A stretch of DNA of 61,342 bases, filler included, from Anaerolineae bacterium (GTDB taxonomy: Bacteria > Chloroflexota > Anaerolineae > Epilineales > Epilineaceae), in NCBI GenBank assembly GCA_029262755.1. It is 6 parts of 6 records of this genome, joined end to end, with 100 filler letters (N's around TTAATTAATTAA, not from the genome) between each part and the next. Parts side by side here need not be neighbours in the genome. Positions count along the whole stretch, not along the records: positions 43,084 to 58,491 come from JAJCYU010000288.1; positions 58,592 to 61,342 come from JAJCYU010000292.1; 4 more parts are not named here. One strand, written 5' to 3'. Every line of letters starts with the position of its first letter. Position 1 is the stretch's first letter. Shown here one piece after another: positions 57,271 to 61,342 of this stretch. Below the pieces are notes generated by a model. It saw nothing but the letters and a program-made list of their open reading frames with translations, ran no database searches and was not told where the DNA came from. The translations under genes were made by a program, and so were the position numbers.

Positions 57271-58491
57271 CGGCCTCGTCCAACACAGTGTGGACGATCG
57301 TCTCGCTCTCCAACGTACGGTGGACGGGGCATTTGTTCGCGATGTCGAGCAGGCGGGCGAGTTGTTCCGGGTCGAGCGCGCCTTCGAGCTGCAACGTGCG
57401 CTCAATGCGGTCGACGCGGCCGCTCTTGGTCTCACATTCGGCGCAGTCGCGCGCGTGGATCTTTTCGTGGCTCAGCAGGACCGTGGCGGATTCGAGCGGC
57501 CAACCCTTGCGGTCGGCGTACATGCGCAGCGTCATCACCGTGCAGGCGCCGAGGCCGGCGAGCAGCAGACCGTAGGGCGTGGGGCCCAGGTTTCCGCCCC
57601 CGACCGCCAACGGCTCGTCGGCGATCGAGCGGTGGCCGTTGGCCACGATCTCGGTGCGGAAGCCGCTGCGGCCGATGCGCGCAGCGACGCGCTCGCCGGC
57701 GACAAGCGACGCGGCTTCGGACGCCGGCTCGTCGACCACGTAGCGCTCCGCCCAACAAGCGAGCATCTGTGCGCAGTACAGCGCATCGGCCTCATCGCTC
57801 AGCAGATGATCGGCGCCGTCCAGGGCGATGAAGCTCTTGGGATGGCGTGCGCCTTCGAGTATGCGCTGCGCGTTCTCGATGCCGACGATGTTGTCCAACG
57901 GGGCGTGAAAGACAAGCAGCGGTACATCGAGGCCCGCTACGGCGGCGTCCATCGCCGATTCGCGGATGTCGTCGAGAAAGTCTTTGTGCAACGTGAACGG
58001 CCGGCCGCCGATCGACACCTCCGCGGCACCGGACTGATCCACGGCATCGACCGCGTCGCCGAGGTGCTGCAGCACGTGATCCGGACTGGCGGGCGCGCCG
58101 ATGGTCGCCACCGCACGGACGCTCTCTATCTGCGCCGCGGCGCGCAGAACGGCGGCGCCGCCCAAGGAGTGCCCGACCAGGAGCGAAGGGCTCTGCCACC
58201 GGTCCGCAAGGAACTGCGCGGCGGTGACAAGATCGGACACGTTGCTCGAAAAGCCGGTGCGGCCGAACTCCCCCTCGCTCTCACCCAGGCCGGTGAAGTC
58301 GAAACGCAGCACCGCGATGCCGCGTGCCGCAAGCAGACGCGAAATGTGGCCGACCGCGCGCAGATTTTTCGTGCACGTGAAGCAATGCGCGAACAAGGCG
58401 TAGGCCGATGGCGGCCCGTCTTCCGGCAGATGGAGGCGTCCGGCGAGCTCGTGACCTTCGGCGTTTTCAAACGTAACCCGCTCGGTGGGCA
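57263..58491 (-). CDS. Alpha/beta hydrolase - OsmC fusion protein
   Basis: [27 protein letters not shown]. OsmC part: ADEP...GPTPY...LGACT...KCPVHRTL. The contig edge cuts the start codon ((A)TG CCC ACC GAG). Confidence 0.93.
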
Positions 58492-58591
58492 NNNNNNNNN
58501 NNNNNNNNNNNNNNNNNNNNNNNNNNNNNNNNNNNTTAATTAATTAANNNNNNNNNNNNNNNNNNNNNNNNNNNNNNNNNNNNNNNNNNNN
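58492..58591. other. Artificial contig spacer
   Basis: Same linker. Confidence 0.98.
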
Positions 58592-58592
58592 C

Positions 58593-59726
58593 GTCGCGAC
58601 CGGCGTCGTCCACGGTCGTGACGACGCGGGCACGCCCCACCACGGCGCGCAGGTGGCCGGCTTCACCGAGCTCGCGGACGATGGCAGCACGGCCTGCGGG
58701 TGTTGGATCTACGCCGGTGTGTACGGCCCCGACGGGATCAACCGCGCGAACCGGCGCTCGCCGTCGGGCCCCTATGGTCACGGTTGGGGCTACGCGTGGC
58801 CCTGCGATCGGCGCATCCTCTACAACCGCGCCTCGGCCGACCCCGAAGGGCGTCCGTGGAGCCCTGGCAAAGCGCTCGTCTGGTGGGATCCGGAGGCCGA
58901 GCGCTGGGTGGGCCACGATACGCCCGACTTCCCGGCCGACAAGCCACCGGGATTTGTGCCCGAAGCGGGCGCTACGGGCGCGGATGCGCACGGCGGGGAC
59001 CATCCCTTCCTCATGCACCCCGAAGGCGTCGCTCGCCTCTTCGTACCCACGGGCCTCGAAGACGGCCCGCTGCCCAGCCACTTCGAGCCGCTGGAAAGTC
59101 CGTTGCTCAATCCGCTCTACGATCAGCAGAGCAATCCGCCCGTGCGCTGGTTCGACCGGCCCGACAACCCCTACGCCGACGTCGGCGACCCGCGCTTCCC
59201 CTACGTGCTCACCACCTACCGCTTGACCGAGCATCACACGGCCGGCGGGATGAGCCGTTTCCTAAGCCGCTTGCAGGAGCTGCAGTCCACGTTCTTCGCG
59301 GAGATCTCACCCGAGCTCGCCGCCGAGATCGGCGTGAACGAGGGCGATTGGATGACGATCGCCACGATCCGCGGCGCGGTGGAGGTCCGGGCGCTGGTGA
59401 CCCCGCGCATGCGCCCCCTCCAGATGGACGGCCGCACGGTCCACCAGATCGCCATCCCGTTCCATTGGGGGCACGCGGGCCCGGCCAAGGGCGATATCGC
59501 CAACGACCTGATCGCGATCAGCGGGGAGCCCAACGTGACCATCCACGAGGCCAAGGCCCTCACCTGCGCCGCCCTCCCCGGCCGCCGGCGCCGCGGCGCG
59601 GAGCTCGTCGCGTGGCTCGATGCGCTGGCGGCGACTCGCGCCCAGGTCCCGCCGGATCCCGGCGCGGCCGCTCGACCAAAATCACAGGCAAACGGCGACC
59701 AGCCGAAGCCCGGAGGTACGCCATGA
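58593..59726 (+). CDS. fdnG: Formate dehydrogenase alpha subunit, C-terminal part (5'-truncated)
   Basis: DDGSTACGCWIYAG, RRILYNRASAD, DGPLPSHFEPLE, TTYRLTEH, molybdopterin-binding domain (IPFHWG). Confidence 0.88.
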   Translation, partial: VATGVVHGRDDAGTPHHGAQVAGFTELADDGSTACGCWIYAGVYGPDGINRANRRSPSGPYGHGWGYAWPCDRRILYNRASADPEGRPWSPGKALVWWDPEAERWVGHDTPDFPADKPPGFVPEAGATGADAHGGDHPFLMHPEGVARLFVPTGLEDGPLPSHFEPLESPLLNPLYDQQSNPPVRWFDRPDNPYADVGDPRFPYVLTTYRLTEHHTAGGMSRFLSRLQELQSTFFAEISPELAAEIGVNEGDWMTIATIRGAVEVRALVTPRMRPLQMDGRTVHQIAIPFHWGHAGPAKGDIANDLIAISGEPNVTIHEAKALTCAALPGRRRRGAELVAWLDALAATRAQVPPDPGAAARPKSQANGDQPKPGGTP

Positions 59727-60808
59727 CCGCCCGCCAGGACGCGCCGGCTCCGCGCAGCCCGGCCGAAGCAGGACCAACGACGGGCTTCTTCACTGACCCG
59801 ACGGTCTGCATCGGCTGCAAGGCCTGCGAGGTCGCGTGCAAGGAGTGGAACGACGTCCCTTCGAAGAGCCCGACGGGCCCCCGCAAGGGCCGCGGCTACG
59901 ACCACACCGCGGAGCTGGGCGCGTCCAGCTGGCGGCACGTCGCGTTCGTGGAGCGGGAGGTGCCGCTGACGGCAGCCGGAGTCGTCGATCGGACGTCCGC
60001 GTCGCGAAGCTCATCGCGGGACGAATCGGGTGGCCAGTCGAAAGGCGAGTCGCACGGCACGTCGCAAGGCACGTCGCAAGTTGCGTCGCAAGTTGCGTCG
60101 CCAGGCACGTTGGGGGACCGGTCACGAGGCACGTCGACTGGAATGCCGGTGTTCCCGGTCGGTGGCTCTCCAGTCACCGGAGGCGGGGCCCTCTCCGCGA
60201 TGGGCGCCAACGACGACCCCGGTCTCGGCGTGCCGTTGCTCGAGTGGGTGTTCCTGTCGGACGTCTGCAAGCACTGCGAGCACGCCGGCTGCCTCGAAGC
60301 ATGCCCCACTGGCAGCATCGTGCGCACAGGTGCGGGCGCCGTCTACGTTCAGGAAGAAGTGTGCAACGGCTGCGGCTACTGCGTGGTCGGCTGCCCCTTC
60401 GGCGTGATCGATCGTCGCCCGCACGAAGACCCGGGCGGAGGCGGCGCATACAAGTGCACGTTGTGCTCCGATCGCCAGGCGGACGGCCTCTTGCCGGCAT
60501 GTGCACGAGCCTGCCCCACGGACGCCATTCAGTTCGGCGAATTGGGAGCGCTACGTGCGCAAGCAGACGCGCGTGTCGCACGACTCCACGCGGACGGCCG
60601 CTCCGACATCACGCTCTACGACGCGGCCGACACGTCCGTCGGCGGCGCGCACGCGTTCTTCCTCGTCCCGGGCGACCCACTCGACTACGGCCTCCCGCAA
60701 CGCCCCGCCGTGCCGACGGAGTGGATGGGCGCGAGCTGGCTGAGCGCAGCGCTGACGTCCGTGGCAGCCTTCGCGGCGATTGCGATTGCATTCGGGATGC
60801 TGCCGTGA
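59723..60808 (+). CDS. fdnH: Formate dehydrogenase iron-sulfur (beta) subunit
   Basis: CIGCKACEVACKEWN, CKHCEHAGCLEACP, CNGCGYCVVGCP, KCTLC...CARACP, C-terminal TM helix. GGAGG site and ATGA overlap. Confidence 0.9.
   Translation: MTARQDAPAPRSPAEAGPTTGFFTDPTVCIGCKACEVACKEWNDVPSKSPTGPRKGRGYDHTAELGASSWRHVAFVEREVPLTAAGVVDRTSASRSSSRDESGGQSKGESHGTSQGTSQVASQVASPGTLGDRSRGTSTGMPVFPVGGSPVTGGGALSAMGANDDPGLGVPLLEWVFLSDVCKHCEHAGCLEACPTGSIVRTGAGAVYVQEEVCNGCGYCVVGCPFGVIDRRPHEDPGGGGAYKCTLCSDRQADGLLPACARACPTDAIQFGELGALRAQADARVARLHADGRSDITLYDAADTSVGGAHAFFLVPGDPLDYGLPQRPAVPTEWMGASWLSAALTSVAAFAAIAIAFGMLP
60001..60108 (+). repeat. In-frame 12-nt tandem repeat (9 degenerate units) inside fdnH
   Basis: Last six units read gtcgaaaggcga/gtcgcacggcac/gtcgcaaggcac/gtcgcaagttgc/gtcgcaagttgc/gtcgccaggcac. 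Confidence 0.8.
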
Positions 60809-61342
60809 GTGGGCGACGGGTTGGAAAGGGCGTAGGCGAAGCGCTGGGAGACGATGGTGCGGCCTCGGGGGGTGCGGCGAGCGGCGGTGCGGCGAGCGGT
60901 GGTGGGGCAGCGGGCGGCGCGGTGAGCGGCGAAGCGGTGACCGGTGGTGGGGCAGCGGGCGGCGCGGCGAGCGGTGGTGCAGTGACCGGTGATGGGCCAA
61001 TGGGCGGCGCGACGACCGGCGGCGGCGCAACCGGCGGCGCGACGACCGGCGGTGGGAGCGAGCGTCCGGTCGAAGAGTCGGCGGTCGGCGCTGGCCAACA
61101 TGAAGGCGACGCCTTCGAGGCGCGACTGGACGCGCTGCGCGAGGCGGCGCAGACCTTTGTGCCGGAGGGCGGGCACGGCCGCGTTGGTCGGCGTGGTGGC
61201 GGGGATCCGCGCCCGTCGGGGTCGAGCGGGCGCGGCGACGAACGTGCAGGATCGTCGGCCACCGAGTCGCAAGCTCCCGGTTACAACGGGCAATCGTGGC
61301 TCAAACCGCCGGTGTGGACGTGGGAAGTGCCGCTCTATTTCT
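60805..61342 (+). CDS. NrfD/polysulfide-reductase-type membrane anchor, N-terminal part (truncated by window end)
   Basis: Read by hand from a GTG overlapping the fdnH stop. Gly/Ala/Thr-rich leader, then GYNGQSWLKPPVWTWEVPLYF, the typical start of NrfD-family anchors next to fdh genes. Confidence 0.75.
   Translation, partial: MSGRRVGKGVGEALGDDGAASGGAASGGAASGGGAAGGAVSGEAVTGGGAAGGAASGGAVTGDGPMGGATTGGGATGGATTGGGSERPVEESAVGAGQHEGDAFEARLDALREAAQTFVPEGGHGRVGRRGGGDPRPSGSSGRGDERAGSSATESQAPGYNGQSWLKPPVWTWEVPLYF

Noticed and set aside
55513..58543. Long plus-strand ORFs (772 aa and 536 aa)
   Set aside because: Antisense shadows of the CDF and OsmC-hydrolase genes, common in high-GC DNA, with no recognisable motifs.
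17413..58591. Five identical TTAATTAATTAA elements flanked by N runs
   Set aside because: Fixed-length synthetic linkers with stops in all frames. They are not biological repeats, and gene adjacency across them means nothing.
58593..59726. Selenocysteine/SECIS in formate dehydrogenase
   Set aside because: The Sec/Cys ligand lies in the missing N-terminal part, and this fragment has no in-frame TGA.

Overview
The window is not one locus. It is six contig fragments joined by five identical artificial 100-nt spacers (44 N + TTAATTAATTAA + 44 N), as in a concatenated metagenome bin. Five fragments are GC-rich and look like one organism, probably Chloroflexota (inferred from the class F sortase, Pro/Thr-rich secreted proteins and gene content). 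Fragment 1 (1-17412): nuoM-nuoN, sortase, GT4, mfd, ECF sigma plus partner, folC, an Ig-domain lipoprotein, two GT2 genes, an LMW phosphatase and hpf. Fragment 2 (17513-23388): a glycosyltransferase, a 36-aa membrane microprotein, a PQQ-like propeller protein and a YnbA/YnbB-like lipid pair. Fragment 4 (29109-42983): an aroA-aroE-aroC-aroKB-rocD-aroQ operon divergent from menF-menD-menH-menB. Fragment 5 (43084-58491): an atypical RHS/YD-repeat protein, an M23 lipoprotein, a trans-sulfuration enzyme, MscS, VOC, a CDF transporter and an OsmC-hydrolase. Fragment 6 (58592-61342): fdnG/fdnH/nrfD-like genes. Fragment 3 (23489-29008) is AT-rich, encodes LPS-type GT9 enzymes and probably comes from a different organism. 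The best candidate for an undescribed system is in fragment 3: a GxxExxY PD-(D/E)XK nuclease gene bracketed by 8-nt-periodic inverted repeats. Removing it precisely restores a tight GT4-GT9 junction, consistent with a small self-contained insertion element. Other points of interest are the toxin-less RHS protein, pervasive in-frame repeat-derived loop insertions in housekeeping enzymes, and two small proteins. No rRNA, tRNA or CRISPR array was seen.
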